From assembly GCA_029268385.1 (NCBI GenBank), contig JAQWPG010000009.1:6077-70076 (forward strand): DNA of 64,000 nt, written 5' to 3'. Positions 31,096-41,977 of this stretch are shown piece after piece. Source of the stretch: Gammaproteobacteria bacterium (lineage in GTDB: Bacteria > Pseudomonadota > Gammaproteobacteria > Poriferisulfidales > GCA-002705445). Below the pieces are notes generated by a model. The model saw nothing but the letters and a program-made list of their open reading frames with translations. It had not been told where the DNA came from and searched no databases. A program made the translations under genes and the position numbers. Numbering within the stretch: position 1 is the first letter of the stretch; every line of letters starts with the position of its first letter.

Positions 31096-31368
31096 TTATT
31101 CAGATGTAGTTGGGTCTATAGTTTTCGTAATTGCACTAATCTTATTTGCAGGAAAACCACCTTCTTTTGCGTGTTCCTTTATTAGCTCTTCATTTGGAGC
31201 AATATAAACACAATATACTTTATCTTTTGTGACATAACTTTCAACCCACTGAATCTCAGTTCCGAGTTTTTTTAGAATCGAGCATGATTTTTGTGAAATC
31301 CCCTGAAGTTCATCTGTTGTCAAAGAACCAGCATCATTAATATCTCTTTCAATTATAAATTTAGGCAT
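31096..31368 (-). CDS. Small DUF4242-like protein (90 aa)
   Basis: MPKFIIERDINDAG...DKVYCVYIAPNEELIKEHAKEGGFPANKISAI resembles the SCO4226-type DUF4242 family. Function unknown. Confidence 0.45.
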   Translation of the reverse strand: MPKFIIERDINDAGSLTTDELQGISQKSCSILKKLGTEIQWVESYVTKDKVYCVYIAPNEELIKEHAKEGGFPANKISAITKTIDPTTSE

Positions 31369-31407
31369 TTTTTCCCCTTGTGTATTATTTTAATTATTAA
31401 TTACTTA

Positions 31408-32094
31408 TTAATCATCACCACCCATAAAAGCAGCCAAAATATGTAGAAGACTAGTAAACAGGTTATATATAGATATGTATAGTGTTACAGTCGCCATTAC
31501 ATAATTATTTTCTCCACCGTTTATTATAGCGCTTGTTTGGAATAAAATTAGACCACACATCAAAAGAGCAAATAAACTAGAAATGCCAAGCATCATGATT
31601 GGGAAATAATACCCCATCATTGAGGAAACTAGTAATACAATGCTGGCAGCAAAGGCCAGAATTATTCCAGATGTTATAAATCCTCCCATAAAACTAAAAT
31701 CTTTTTTTGTGTAATTAACGTAAGCAGACAGAGATAGAAAAATTGTGCCAGTAAGTAATAACGCAGTTGCAACAATCTCTGAGCCATTACTAAGATTATT
31801 CATATAAATATTTAGAATAGGGCCTAATGTAAAGCCAAGTACTCCAGTTAAGCAGAAAACCCAAAAAATTCCAGACGCATTATTTTTGTTTTTAGTTGTT
31901 AAATAAAGCGTAACAAAATATAATCCAAGCGTTATGAATGGGTTAACAACGGATATATTCATCATGTAGCTTACAAGCGCAGAAAAAGCACTAAATAATA
32001 GAGTCATTGATAAAAGTATGTATGTATTTTTAAGAACTTTGTTAGTTACAGTTGTTCTTGCTTGTCCTCTAACTGTTGTATTGCTATTATTCAT
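31408..32094 (-). CDS. Bax inhibitor-1/YccA family membrane protein
   Basis: 228 aa with seven TM helices and a charged C-terminal tail (...AFMGGDD), the BI-1 architecture. Confidence 0.8.
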   Translation of the reverse strand: MNNSNTTVRGQARTTVTNKVLKNTYILLSMTLLFSAFSALVSYMMNISVVNPFITLGLYFVTLYLTTKNKNNASGIFWVFCLTGVLGFTLGPILNIYMNNLSNGSEIVATALLLTGTIFLSLSAYVNYTKKDFSFMGGFITSGIILAFAASIVLLVSSMMGYYFPIMMLGISSLFALLMCGLILFQTSAIINGGENNYVMATVTLYISIYNLFTSLLHILAAFMGGDD

Positions 32095-32188
32095 ATATAG
32101 GCTCCATTTTTAAATTTTATATTACATTAACGTTTTATTGCTTATTTGTAAATATATACGAATTTATTATTACGACCTATTTTAGTGT

Positions 32189-32276
<88 letters not shown>

Positions 32277-32300
32277 TTGTTTTGCAATATAGGAGGAAAA

Positions 32301-32453
32301 ATGATGATGATAATTTTAACAATAATATGCATAGTTATTATGTTAATTTTGTTTTCTATTAGTAAAAGCTTGGATTCGATAAATGAACAATTAGATCAGA
32401 TCGTAGAAACAAACAAAAAATTAGTTGAAAATACAAAAGATAATTCTGAGTAA
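32301..32453 (+). CDS. Small single-pass membrane protein (51 aa)
   Basis: Strong SD (AGGAGGAAAAATG). [24 protein letters not shown]..., then a polar coiled tail. The ORF-track start at 32232 lies inside the tRNA and is rejected. Confidence 0.4.
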   Translation: MMMIILTIICIVIMLILFSISKSLDSINEQLDQIVETNKKLVENTKDNSE

Positions 32454-32507
32454 TAATTATTTAGAAGTTTTTTATGTAGTATTAAATTTTGAATAAAGAC
32501 GTAAAAT

Positions 32508-32897
32508 TTATTTGTAATCGTCAATAATCCCAATTTTCTTCATCCATTCCTTAAAACCGCCTTTCATATGAGATACTTTGTTATAGCCCATGTCCTTAAG
32601 AGTTTTAGACGCAAGAGCTGATCTTGCTCCAGAGTGACAATATAGAATAATATCTTTTTCCTTGTTAAAAAAATCTTTGTAATATTCGCATTTTGGATCT
32701 GCAAAAAACTCAAGATGTCCTCTTGAAGCATGATATGAGCCAGGGATAATGCCATTTTCAATGAGCTCCGATGTATCTCTTAAATCTATTATATTGGCAT
32801 TATTTGAATTTAGTATATTTTCAACATCATTAACTGAAAGCTCATTAAGATTCTTTTTTGCTTTTCTTATCATTTCTTCAACAGTGGTATTTTCCAT
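32508..32897 (-). CDS. Single-domain rhodanese (sulfurtransferase)
   Basis: 129 aa with the active-site loop CHSGARSA. Confidence 0.8.
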   Translation of the reverse strand: MENTTVEEMIRKAKKNLNELSVNDVENILNSNNANIIDLRDTSELIENGIIPGSYHASRGHLEFFADPKCEYYKDFFNKEKDIILYCHSGARSALASKTLKDMGYNKVSHMKGGFKEWMKKIGIIDDYK

Positions 32898-33018
32898 TAT
32901 TAATGCCTTAATATATTAAAATTATAGTTATTATATAATTATTCTTATATTAGATGTATGTTTTTTGTATTATTATAATAGTAAATATTATATAAATTTT
33001 AAGAAGAATTTCACAATT

Positions 33019-34056
33019 ATGAAGCTAGGAAGATTAATAATTGATATCCATGGATTAGAGTTGTCTAAAGATGATATAGATCTTTTAAAACATCCTTCAA
33101 TAGGTGGTATAATTTTATTTTCTAGAAATTTTAATTCAGTACAGCAAATAACAAATCTTATTGATAGTATTAAGATATTAAGGTCTCCTTCATTAATTAT
33201 TTATGTAGATCAAGAGGGTGGTAGAGTTCAAAGATTTAAGGATGATATGACAAAAATCCCTAATATTGAATTGCTTGGTGAGAAATATAAATCTGACCCA
33301 CATGGTGCTATAAATTTATCAGAGGACATAGGCTGGTTAATAGGCCATGAATTAAGATGTATTGGTATAGACGTTAATACTGCACCAGTTCTTGATATCA
33401 ACTATAGTAGAAGTAATATTATGAGCGGCAGATGTTTTTCTAATACTCCAAAAAAAGTTTCTGCGCTTTCGAAAGCTTTTTTATTAGGTGCAAAAAAAAG
33501 TGGCATATCCAGTATTTGCAAACATTTTCCTGGGCATGGTTTTGCTAGAACAGATTCCCATGTTGAACTCCCGAATGATAGTAGAGATTTAAAGACCATA
33601 TACAATGAAGATATAATTCCTTACAAAGAAGCGATAAATTTAAATATTGAGGGGGTTATGACATCGCATGTATTATATAAAAATGTTGATAAGTATCCAC
33701 CAACAATCTCTAGTAAATGGTTACAGATATTAAAAAATGATTTAAGATATAAGGGTTTAATTTATTCGGACGATCTAAGTATGCAAGCTCTAAGAGAATT
33801 TGGTGATATGAAGAGTAATGTTGTAAAATCATTAGAATCAGGATGTGATTGCATATTTATTTGTAACGATAGAGAAATAGTAGAACGCGTTGTAGATGAA
33901 GTAACTTTTAAAACAAGTGAAGAATTAAACTATAAACTTATAAAGTTAAGTAAAAATAAAATTATTGATGATTTTAATAAGAATAAAAAAGTTTTATCTA
34001 CGAGAGAAAATATAAAAAAAATATTAGAAAAAAAACAAATTGAAATAAAACTATAA
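33019..34056 (+). CDS. nagZ: Beta-N-acetylhexosaminidase (peptidoglycan recycling)
   Basis: ATG at 33019. ...KLGRLIIDIHGLELSKDDIDLLKHPSIGGIILFSRNF...YVDQEGGRVQRF...KHFPGHG... is the GH3 NagZ signature. Confidence 0.85.
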   Translation: MKLGRLIIDIHGLELSKDDIDLLKHPSIGGIILFSRNFNSVQQITNLIDSIKILRSPSLIIYVDQEGGRVQRFKDDMTKIPNIELLGEKYKSDPHGAINLSEDIGWLIGHELRCIGIDVNTAPVLDINYSRSNIMSGRCFSNTPKKVSALSKAFLLGAKKSGISSICKHFPGHGFARTDSHVELPNDSRDLKTIYNEDIIPYKEAINLNIEGVMTSHVLYKNVDKYPPTISSKWLQILKNDLRYKGLIYSDDLSMQALREFGDMKSNVVKSLESGCDCIFICNDREIVERVVDEVTFKTSEELNYKLIKLSKNKIIDDFNKNKKVLSTRENIKKILEKKQIEIKL

Positions 34057-34062
34057 AACATA

Positions 34063-35124
34063 ATGGAAAATTTACTTCAAGAATATAATATAAATCATTG
34101 GCTAATAAAATTTGTTTTAATTATATTTATTATAATTTTTATTAATATTTCAACAAGAGTCATTTTAAGTACTTTAAAAAAACAATTCAGTAAAACAAAT
34201 AATATTTGGGATGATTGTATTATAGACTCTATATACAAGCCTTTTACGATATTAATTTGGATTCTTGGCATAGTTTTTACGTTAGAAGCTTTTAATAGTG
34301 ATTTTAAAATTTTTAATATTTCCAATGATTTTTTAATTAATTTAAAAAGAGCTGGAATTATCTTATCTATAGCCTTATTTTTAAATAATCTTTCAAGAAA
34401 TTTTCAGTTTGCAATAATTAAAAATAACAAAACAAAAAATATTGATGTTGATGAAGCGACCTATGAGGCTATAACTAAAATCATTAGGCTTTCCATTATC
34501 GTTACATCAGGACTAATTATTCTTCAAACTTTTGGTTTTAGTATATCTGGAGTTCTTGCTTTTGGCGGAATTGGAGGTGTAGCAGTAGGTTTTGCTGCAA
34601 AAGACATGTTAGCTAACTTTTTTGGTGGTCTGATGATTTATTTAGATAGACCATTTCGAAAAGGAGACTGGATTAGATCTCCGGATAGAGAGCTTGAAGG
34701 TACTGTTGAAAATATTGGCTGGAGACAGACATCAATTAGAAATTTTAGAAAAAATGTAATTTACATTCCTAATTCAGTATTTATGAATATAATAGTTGAG
34801 AATCCATCAAGAATGACTCACAGAAGGATAAGAGAAGTTATAGGATTGAGATATAAGGATCTTCCAAAAATGTTATCAATAGTTGAAGATGTAAAAATAA
34901 TGATATCAAATCATAGTGATATTGATCATAATCAAACTACAATAGTCAACTTCGATAGCTATAACGATAGTTCAATAGACTTCTTTATAATTACATACGC
35001 AGATACAACAGAATGGGCTCGATATCATGAAATTAAGCAAGATGTGCTAATGAAAATTGGTGAAATTATTGAAAAAAATAATGCTGAAATAGCTTTTCCC
35101 ACAAGAGTTGAAATCCAAGAGTAA
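34063..35124 (+). CDS. Small-conductance mechanosensitive channel (MscS family)
   Basis: 353 aa with N-terminal TM helices and an MscS beta-domain core (...FGGLMIYLDRPFRKGDWI...EGTVENIGWRQTSIRN...). Confidence 0.85.
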   Translation: MENLLQEYNINHWLIKFVLIIFIIIFINISTRVILSTLKKQFSKTNNIWDDCIIDSIYKPFTILIWILGIVFTLEAFNSDFKIFNISNDFLINLKRAGIILSIALFLNNLSRNFQFAIIKNNKTKNIDVDEATYEAITKIIRLSIIVTSGLIILQTFGFSISGVLAFGGIGGVAVGFAAKDMLANFFGGLMIYLDRPFRKGDWIRSPDRELEGTVENIGWRQTSIRNFRKNVIYIPNSVFMNIIVENPSRMTHRRIREVIGLRYKDLPKMLSIVEDVKIMISNHSDIDHNQTTIVNFDSYNDSSIDFFIITYADTTEWARYHEIKQDVLMKIGEIIEKNNAEIAFPTRVEIQE

Positions 35125-35125
35125 A

Positions 35126-35797
35126 TTAAATATTTTTAATTTTTTTAACTTTAATTATAACTCCAAAATTATCACGATCAATATAAGTTGTTTTATTCAA
35201 TTTTATGTTTTGAATAATATTATGTTCTTTAGAAACTAATGCATCGCTAGAAAAAAACCCTTCTTGTTTCATTTTCATTCTTTCTAGAATATTTAAGTGT
35301 ATCTTAAAAAATTTATTTTTTCTTATACTAATATGGCCATCATATTTATTTATTGCGCCTTCACTAAGAATATTAAAGTCAAGAATTTCTAAATTTTCAT
35401 TAAAAATATCTTCACTGTAATCGTAACCACCTTTTATTTTAATATTATAAATGCTATCCATATTTTGAACCCATTCTTTATGAGATATTACTTTTAGCCC
35501 GCTGTCTTTATCTATAATTTCTATATATTTATTAAAGTTTTCCAGTTTGTAATCTTTTTCGTATTTAACACACAAATTACTTTTATCAATAATACAATTA
35601 TTGTCTTTAATTTTTATTTTTTTTATATCGTTATATGGATCGCTAATAAAATCTGAAATTTTATCTAAATAATTTGATTTAGCATGCGATACAAGGATAA
35701 ACTGTACCTGGTAGATGTTTTTATTTTCGTCAACGTCATTGGCAAAAGAAAAGTTTATTATTAAAAAATATATTAGAAGAACATTTATTATTTTCAT
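35126..35797 (-). CDS. Hypothetical secreted protein (223 aa)
   Basis: Signal peptide MKIINVLLIYFLIINFSFA. Lys/Asn/Asp-rich, no family I can assign. It lies immediately downstream of mfd on the same strand with a 2-bp gap. Confidence 0.4.
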   Translation of the reverse strand: MKIINVLLIYFLIINFSFANDVDENKNIYQVQFILVSHAKSNYLDKISDFISDPYNDIKKIKIKDNNCIIDKSNLCVKYEKDYKLENFNKYIEIIDKDSGLKVISHKEWVQNMDSIYNIKIKGGYDYSEDIFNENLEILDFNILSEGAINKYDGHISIRKNKFFKIHLNILERMKMKQEGFFSSDALVSKEHNIIQNIKLNKTTYIDRDNFGVIIKVKKIKNI

Positions 35798-35799
35798 TA

Positions 35800-38700
35800 T
35801 TATATTATTTTATTAATCACATCTGTTATTACGATTTTTTTATCTCTTATACTATTAAAGTGTTTTTTATATATAAGTATATTGTCTTTAGTAAATGATA
35901 CATTATTTTGGCTATTATTAATAAAATTTAAAAGCTTTTCGTTATTTACTTTAGCATCCTTCTGAAATGAAATTCTTAGAGCGTTTTTTGATACTGTAAG
36001 CTTTTTTATGCCAATTTTTGAGTATTTAATCTTCATTTTTGTTACATCTATAAGGTTGTAAACTTCTTTTGGGAGATTTCCAAATCTATTAATTAACTCT
36101 ATAACTATATTATCTAAGCTATCTGCATCTTCAGAATTAGCTATTTTTTTATACATAATAAGTCTTTGATTGATATCATTAATATACATTTCAGGTATTA
36201 GAGCAACTTCATTGATATCAACTTCCGTTATTGTGTCAAGCGGATTATCAATATTAGGTATTTTCCCTGATTTTAAGGATGCTATTGCTTTAGCTAATAT
36301 GCGGTTGTATAGAGAAAAGCCAATTTCTTGTATTTCTCCACTCTGCGACTCTCCTAGAAGTGCTCCAGCACCTCTAATCTCTAAGTCTCTAGATGCGATT
36401 GAAAATCCAGATCCCAAGTCTTCCATATTTTCCAAAGCCTGTAGTCTTTTTTTGGCATTTTCTGTTATATGATTTTTATCAGGAACTAATAAATAACAAA
36501 AAGCTTGTTTATCACTTCTTCCAACTCTGCCCCTAATTTGATGCAATTGGGATAATCCAAATTTATCAGCTTTGTTAATAATTATTGTATTTGCATTTGC
36601 TATATCAATTCCGTTTTCAATAATGGTTGTTGAAAGAAGAATATTAAATTTTTTATTATAAAATTCTAATATAATTTTTTCTAATTGCGATGAGCTCATT
36701 TGAGCATGAGCAATTTTAATAGAATAACTGGGCATCAATTCTTGTAATTCGTTATAAATTAAATTTATGTCATTTACTCTATTATGTAAGAAAAAAATCT
36801 GTCCACCACGATTTATTTCTCTATCGCATGCTTCTTTGATAACAGTTTTTTTCCAATCTGATATATATGTTTTTATAGGCATCCTATTTTCTGGTGATGT
36901 AGCAATAATACTTAGATCTTTTATACCACCTAAAGACATATTTAATGTCCTAGGTATTGGTGTAGCAGTAAGAGTAAGAACATTAATTTCATTTCTTAAT
37001 TTTTTTAAGAATTCTTTATGTTTAACTCCAAACTTTTGTTCCTCGTCAATAATTAAGAGACCAAGTGAGTTATAATTTATATCTTTTTGAATTACTCTAT
37101 GAGTTCCAATAATTATATTACAGTTTCCAGAATTTATTTCAGAGATTATACTTTCCTGTTCTTTCCTTGTTTTAAATCTTGATAGACATCTTATTTTAAA
37201 AGGCCAGTTTTTAAACCTAGATTTAAATGTTTTCTCGTGCTGTTCAGCTAATAGAGTCGTTGGTGTTAATACTACAACTTGTTTAAAATTTGACGCGCAT
37301 AGAAAAGCAGCTCTTAAAGCTATTTCTGTTTTTCCAAAACCTACATCACCACATACCAGTCTGTCCATTAATTTTTCTGATGTTAAATCAGTAATTACAT
37401 CGTTAATGGCATTCAATTGGTCATCAGTTTCATCGTATATAAATTCACTTGCAAACTGATTATATTCAAGTTCGTTAATAGTGTATTTCAATGATTTTCT
37501 TAGTGCTCTTTTTGCATTTATCTCTAGAAGTTCTGCAGCTATATCATATGCTTTTTTCGTTGCCTTCTTTTTAGCAGTGCTCCAAGAAAAACCTCCTAAC
37601 TTGTGAAGTGGGGCAGTTTCATCCTCAACAGTATTGTACTTATTAACGAGGTGTAAGGATGCTACTGGAACATACAATTTATCATTATCTTCATATAATA
37701 TTGTTAAGTATTCATTATTTAAACCCCCGGTATCAAGACTTTGAAGTCCATTGTATCTCCCAACACCATGTATTTCATGAACAACAGGAGAGCCAATCTC
37801 TAAATTTTTTAACTGATCTATGAAAAAAGTCGATTTTGAATTCTTTTTTCTTGAAGTTTGTTTTATCTTTTCTTTGATAATATCATTGGAATTAATGAAC
37901 GATATTCGTATATCGTTAATTTTAAAAGACTCCCCTAAATATCCACTAATAATAAAAAAATTATTTTTATTTGTATAAATTTCATCTAAAGAATTTATAA
38001 GCTTGTATGATATATCATGATCGTGAAATATATCTTTAAATTGAGTAATTTTTTTTTGATCGTTGCAAAACAAAATCGTACAAGACTGCATTTCAATATG
38101 TCTACGTAAATCTTCAATGGGTTTATCAAGATATGGCTTTATTGATATGTCCGGTATTGCAGAAATATTGAAATTATATGAGTTTTTATCTAATATTTTA
38201 TCTTTATATACATTAAGTATATTTTTCTGACTAATATTTTCATTTATAAAGCGTTCCTCTAAAAATAAAAAACTAGGTTCTAGAATATTTTCCCCATTCT
38301 TTTTTAAATCTTCAAATTTTTCATTTATTTTTTCACTATGCTCTTTCAGTCTTAAATGAGTTGAGTTAAATAATATTACGTATTCTATATTTTGAAAATA
38401 ATCAATTATTGTATCTATAGTATTATAGAATAATGGAAAATAATTATTTATACCTTGAGGAATTATATTATTACTTATTCCAGAATATATTTCGCTATCG
38501 TTTGGATTTCCTTCAAAAATTTCTCTATATTTTTTTCTAAAATTTGTAATATTATTTTCTTTAGTTATTACATTATTCATTGGAACAATATAAATTTTTT
38601 CAGATATTTTTTCACCAAAAGTAATTTGAGTATCAGTATTAAAATATTTCATACTATCAACTTTGACATCATCAAGATCAATTCTTATTGGATATAAGTA

Positions 38701-39243
38701 ACCCCCAGGAAATATATCAATTATTGATCCTCTGATTGTATATTCACCACAAAAATTAGTTTGCGGGCTATTTACATAACCTATCGACACTAAATTGTTT
38801 CTTATAGTATTTATGTTCAAATTTTCATTTTCTTTAAAAAAAATAGTCTCACTTAGTAATACATCTTTTGGTATTATTTTTTTTCTTAAATTTTTAATTG
38901 TTGTAATAACTGTAATATTATCTGAAGTTGATTTTAATAATTTTATAAGATTTAAATTTTTACTTGAACTTAAGAATTTATCTGAATCGACCATGTCATA
39001 TGGCATTTCTTCTGTTCCGGGAATAAATATTATCTCACTATTGTCGTTGTGACTTCCTAATACTTTTAGCTCTTTATATATTCTTTTACCTTCGTTGTTG
39101 CTTTCAACGACAATAAGCTTTTTCTTAATTTTTTTTGAGAATATAAAAAGCGAGTCAGAAGAGTAACTTAGACCGTCAAAAATTGAAGATTTAGAATTAT
39201 TAAAAAAAGAATCAATCTTATTTTCTATTGATATTGCGCTCAT
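35800..39243 (-). CDS. mfd: Transcription-repair coupling factor
   Basis: 1147 aa with a UvrB-homology N-terminus, an RNAP-interaction domain and a superfamily-2 translocase core (GDVGFGKTE...DEEQKFGV...). Confidence 0.95.
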   Translation of the reverse strand: MSAISIENKIDSFFNNSKSSIFDGLSYSSDSLFIFSKKIKKKLIVVESNNEGKRIYKELKVLGSHNDNSEIIFIPGTEEMPYDMVDSDKFLSSSKNLNLIKLLKSTSDNITVITTIKNLRKKIIPKDVLLSETIFFKENENLNINTIRNNLVSIGYVNSPQTNFCGEYTIRGSIIDIFPGGYLYPIRIDLDDVKVDSMKYFNTDTQITFGEKISEKIYIVPMNNVITKENNITNFRKKYREIFEGNPNDSEIYSGISNNIIPQGINNYFPLFYNTIDTIIDYFQNIEYVILFNSTHLRLKEHSEKINEKFEDLKKNGENILEPSFLFLEERFINENISQKNILNVYKDKILDKNSYNFNISAIPDISIKPYLDKPIEDLRRHIEMQSCTILFCNDQKKITQFKDIFHDHDISYKLINSLDEIYTNKNNFFIISGYLGESFKINDIRISFINSNDIIKEKIKQTSRKKNSKSTFFIDQLKNLEIGSPVVHEIHGVGRYNGLQSLDTGGLNNEYLTILYEDNDKLYVPVASLHLVNKYNTVEDETAPLHKLGGFSWSTAKKKATKKAYDIAAELLEINAKRALRKSLKYTINELEYNQFASEFIYDETDDQLNAINDVITDLTSEKLMDRLVCGDVGFGKTEIALRAAFLCASNFKQVVVLTPTTLLAEQHEKTFKSRFKNWPFKIRCLSRFKTRKEQESIISEINSGNCNIIIGTHRVIQKDINYNSLGLLIIDEEQKFGVKHKEFLKKLRNEINVLTLTATPIPRTLNMSLGGIKDLSIIATSPENRMPIKTYISDWKKTVIKEACDREINRGGQIFFLHNRVNDINLIYNELQELMPSYSIKIAHAQMSSSQLEKIILEFYNKKFNILLSTTIIENGIDIANANTIIINKADKFGLSQLHQIRGRVGRSDKQAFCYLLVPDKNHITENAKKRLQALENMEDLGSGFSIASRDLEIRGAGALLGESQSGEIQEIGFSLYNRILAKAIASLKSGKIPNIDNPLDTITEVDINEVALIPEMYINDINQRLIMYKKIANSEDADSLDNIVIELINRFGNLPKEVYNLIDVTKMKIKYSKIGIKKLTVSKNALRISFQKDAKVNNEKLLNFINNSQNNVSFTKDNILIYKKHFNSIRDKKIVITDVINKII

Positions 39244-39373
39244 TTAGTAAAATATTGTTATTTAGGACGGGTATTTTACATTATAATTTTGCAAAATGTC
39301 TTAACAAGTACAATTTATATAGATAATTTCATATGGTATTATCATAGAATAAATTAAAATATGGAATAATAAT

Positions 39374-40006
39374 TTGAAAAGTACTGAAATCTCTGTGAAT
39401 TCAGCAACATGCTATAAAAATAACAATTTAATTTTTAGTGATGTTAGCATTTCCTACAATGATGGCGATATTGGTATCATTATGGGACCAAATGGTTGCG
39501 GAAAAACCACATTAATTAGGTCGATTTGTGGCATCCAAGCCTTAGATGAAGGGCAAATATTATTAGATAAAATAGATATAAAGAACCATAATAATAATTA
39601 TATGGATAAAATTATTTATATTGGTCATAAAAATAGCCTAAATAATGATTTTTCAGTTTATGAAAACCTTGAGTATTTAAGCGCATTTGATTCTTCATCT
39701 AAAATTAATAAAATTAATGAGGCCATGAAATACTTTGATATATATAAATATAGAAACTATATGGTGTCAGAGATTTCTGAAGGAAACAAAAAAAAGGTTT
39801 CTTTAGCAAGATTGCTTATATCACAAAAAAAAGTTTGGATATTAGACGAGCCTTTGAGTTATCTTGATGATACAGCAGTGAATATTTTTACTAACTTGGT
39901 ACTAAATCATCAGAAAAAGGGTGGAATTACAATAGCCTCAACTCATTATGATTTTTCAAAAAATATAAACAATGTTAAATATTTAAATATGGACCCTGGA
40001 AGGTAA
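39374..40006 (+). CDS. ccmA: Cytochrome c biogenesis haem-exporter ATPase
   Basis: 210 aa ABC ATPase (GPNGCGKTT...LSEGNKKKVSLARLL...WILDEP) heading the ccm operon. Confidence 0.85.
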   Translation: MKSTEISVNSATCYKNNNLIFSDVSISYNDGDIGIIMGPNGCGKTTLIRSICGIQALDEGQILLDKIDIKNHNNNYMDKIIYIGHKNSLNNDFSVYENLEYLSAFDSSSKINKINEAMKYFDIYKYRNYMVSEISEGNKKKVSLARLLISQKKVWILDEPLSYLDDTAVNIFTNLVLNHQKKGGITIASTHYDFSKNINNVKYLNMDPGR

Positions 40007-40008
40007 AA

Positions 40009-40671
40009 ATGATTAATATGTTAGTGAAAAAAGAATTAGCCTTGTATTTTAGGAATTTAAATAATATATTTTTACCTCTTGTATTTTTTTTCTTAATTAT
40101 ATCAATATTTCCTTTGGTATTAGGTCCTGAGAAGAATTTATTTGACAAAATTATTCCAGGTATAATTTGGATAACAGCTATATTAACAACAATTTTAACT
40201 TCTAATAATTTTTTTAAAGATGACTTTAATAATGGAATTATTGAAATATATCTAACATCTGATATGTCAGTCGAATTAGTTCTTTTTTTAAAAATAATTT
40301 CGTGCTGGTTTTTTACATGTTTTCCAATTTTAATTTTTATACCTTTGGTATCGTTATTATTTAGCATACCATTTCAAAATTCTATGGTTATATTGTTAAC
40401 CTTGTTTATTGGAACTCCTGTTCTTATATCAATTGGAATATTTGGATCTGCTTTAACTTTAGGCTTAGCTAAAAATAATATTTTGACTCCTGTTATAATT
40501 ATTCCTTTTTATATTCCGGTATTAATATTTTCTGCCAGTGCAATTGAGGCGGTGTCAACTGGGCTGCCTTTTGAAATGCAAATTTATATTTTGGCTGCGC
40601 TTTTAATTCTCGTGCTGCCTATAATGCCATATTTGCTAAAATATACCTTGGGGCTTAGTATTAACAACTAA
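40009..40671 (+). CDS. ccmB: Haem exporter protein B
   Basis: 220-aa six-TM protein in the canonical position. Confidence 0.85.
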   Translation: MINMLVKKELALYFRNLNNIFLPLVFFFLIISIFPLVLGPEKNLFDKIIPGIIWITAILTTILTSNNFFKDDFNNGIIEIYLTSDMSVELVLFLKIISCWFFTCFPILIFIPLVSLLFSIPFQNSMVILLTLFIGTPVLISIGIFGSALTLGLAKNNILTPVIIIPFYIPVLIFSASAIEAVSTGLPFEMQIYILAALLILVLPIMPYLLKYTLGLSINN

Positions 40672-40673
40672 TT

Positions 40674-41402
40674 ATGAATATTTCTAAAATTGCAAATTTA
40701 AAGTTTTTTTATACTAATACTAGAAAAATTTCTTATTACATGTCTTTTTTTGTAATGATTTTATTTATTATTGGAATTTATTGGGGTTTATTTATTGCGC
40801 CAGAGGACTATTTGCAAGGAGATAGTTATAGAATTATGTATATGCATGTACCTGCGGCATGGTTATCTTTACAAACTTATATGGTAATGGCTATAACAGG
40901 CTTTATAGCGTTAGTGTGGAAAATCAAAATTATGGAAATTATAAGTATCCAATGTGCCCCTATTGGAGCTCTTTTTACTATAATTGCTTTAGTTACAGGA
41001 ATGGTTTGGGGTAAACCAACTTGGGGCACATACTGGGTTTGGGATGCCAGGTTAACGTCGGAACTAATATTATTATTTTTATATATCGGCGTAATGGTTT
41101 TGTACGCTTCAATTAATGATAAAAGACAAGCTGTTAAAATTACTTCACTATTAGCAATAATAGGACTTATTAACATTCCGATAATTCATTATTCAGTAGA
41201 ATGGTGGAATACATTACATCAGGGTCCAACAGTGACTAAATTTGACAAACCCTCAGCGCACACAACAATGCTTTACCCACTTTTATATATGTTTATTGTA
41301 TTCAATATATATTTTATTACCGTAATTATAAAAAGGGTAAGACTTGGAATATATGCACGTGAAAAAAACAGTAAGTGGATGGAGGAGTATACAGATGATT
41401 GA
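40674..41402 (+). CDS. ccmC: Haem exporter protein C
   Basis: 242 aa with a WWD-type tryptophan-rich periplasmic loop (...VEWWNTLHQG...). Confidence 0.9.
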   Translation: MNISKIANLKFFYTNTRKISYYMSFFVMILFIIGIYWGLFIAPEDYLQGDSYRIMYMHVPAAWLSLQTYMVMAITGFIALVWKIKIMEIISIQCAPIGALFTIIALVTGMVWGKPTWGTYWVWDARLTSELILLFLYIGVMVLYASINDKRQAVKITSLLAIIGLINIPIIHYSVEWWNTLHQGPTVTKFDKPSAHTTMLYPLLYMFIVFNIYFITVIIKRVRLGIYAREKNSKWMEEYTDD

Positions 41403-41550
41403 GTTTTTAAGTATGGGAAAACATACAGCATTTGTTTACATAGCATATATATTTTCAATTGTAGTACTATTATTAGGCTATTACTTACCGCATTATGCGC
41501 TAAAAAAAGAAATAAGAATAAAGAATGATAAAAATAACAAAAACAAATAG
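41395..41550 (+). CDS. ccmD: Haem exporter protein D
   Basis: 51 aa with a single TM helix, starting at the ATG that overlaps the ccmC stop (ATGATTGA). Confidence 0.6.
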   Translation: MIEFLSMGKHTAFVYIAYIFSIVVLLLGYYLPHYALKKEIRIKNDKNNKNK

Positions 41551-41977
41551 AAAAAGAATAGTAAAAATTTCTATTTTCTTTTTTGCTATATCAAGTTTTA
41601 GTGCTTTATTAATATATGCTTTTAGTAAAAATATGGTTTATTTTTATACGCCAACTCAAATTATTGAAAAAGAAGCGCCCATGAATTCTTTTATAAGAAT
41701 AGGGGGTATGGTAAAAGAAAACTCATTAGTTAAATCAAATGATAGTTTAAAAGTTTCATTCAAGATTCATGATCTAGAGCAAGTTATAAATATAACCTAT
41801 GACGGAATACTTCCAGATCTATTTGCTGAAGGGCAAGGTGTTGTGATGACAGGAACACTAATAAATGAAGATACATTTATCGCCGATGAGGTTCTTGCAA
41901 AACATGATGAGAATTATATGCCACCCGAGGTCGCCGATATGATGAAAGAAAAAAACGGAGTTTTGTATAAAAAATGA
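41525..41977 (+). CDS. ccmE: Cytochrome c-type biogenesis haem chaperone
   Basis: 150 aa with an N-terminal anchor and OB-fold region (...FYTPTQIIEK...FRIGGMVKENS...LPDLFAEGQGVVMTG...). Confidence 0.85.
   Translation: MIKITKTNRKRIVKISIFFFAISSFSALLIYAFSKNMVYFYTPTQIIEKEAPMNSFIRIGGMVKENSLVKSNDSLKVSFKIHDLEQVINITYDGILPDLFAEGQGVVMTGTLINEDTFIADEVLAKHDENYMPPEVADMMKEKNGVLYKK

Noticed and set aside
36170-39052. Multiple 80-100-aa ORFs antisense within mfd
   Set aside because: AT-rich DNA yields long spurious frames. mfd is intact and strongly supported along its length.
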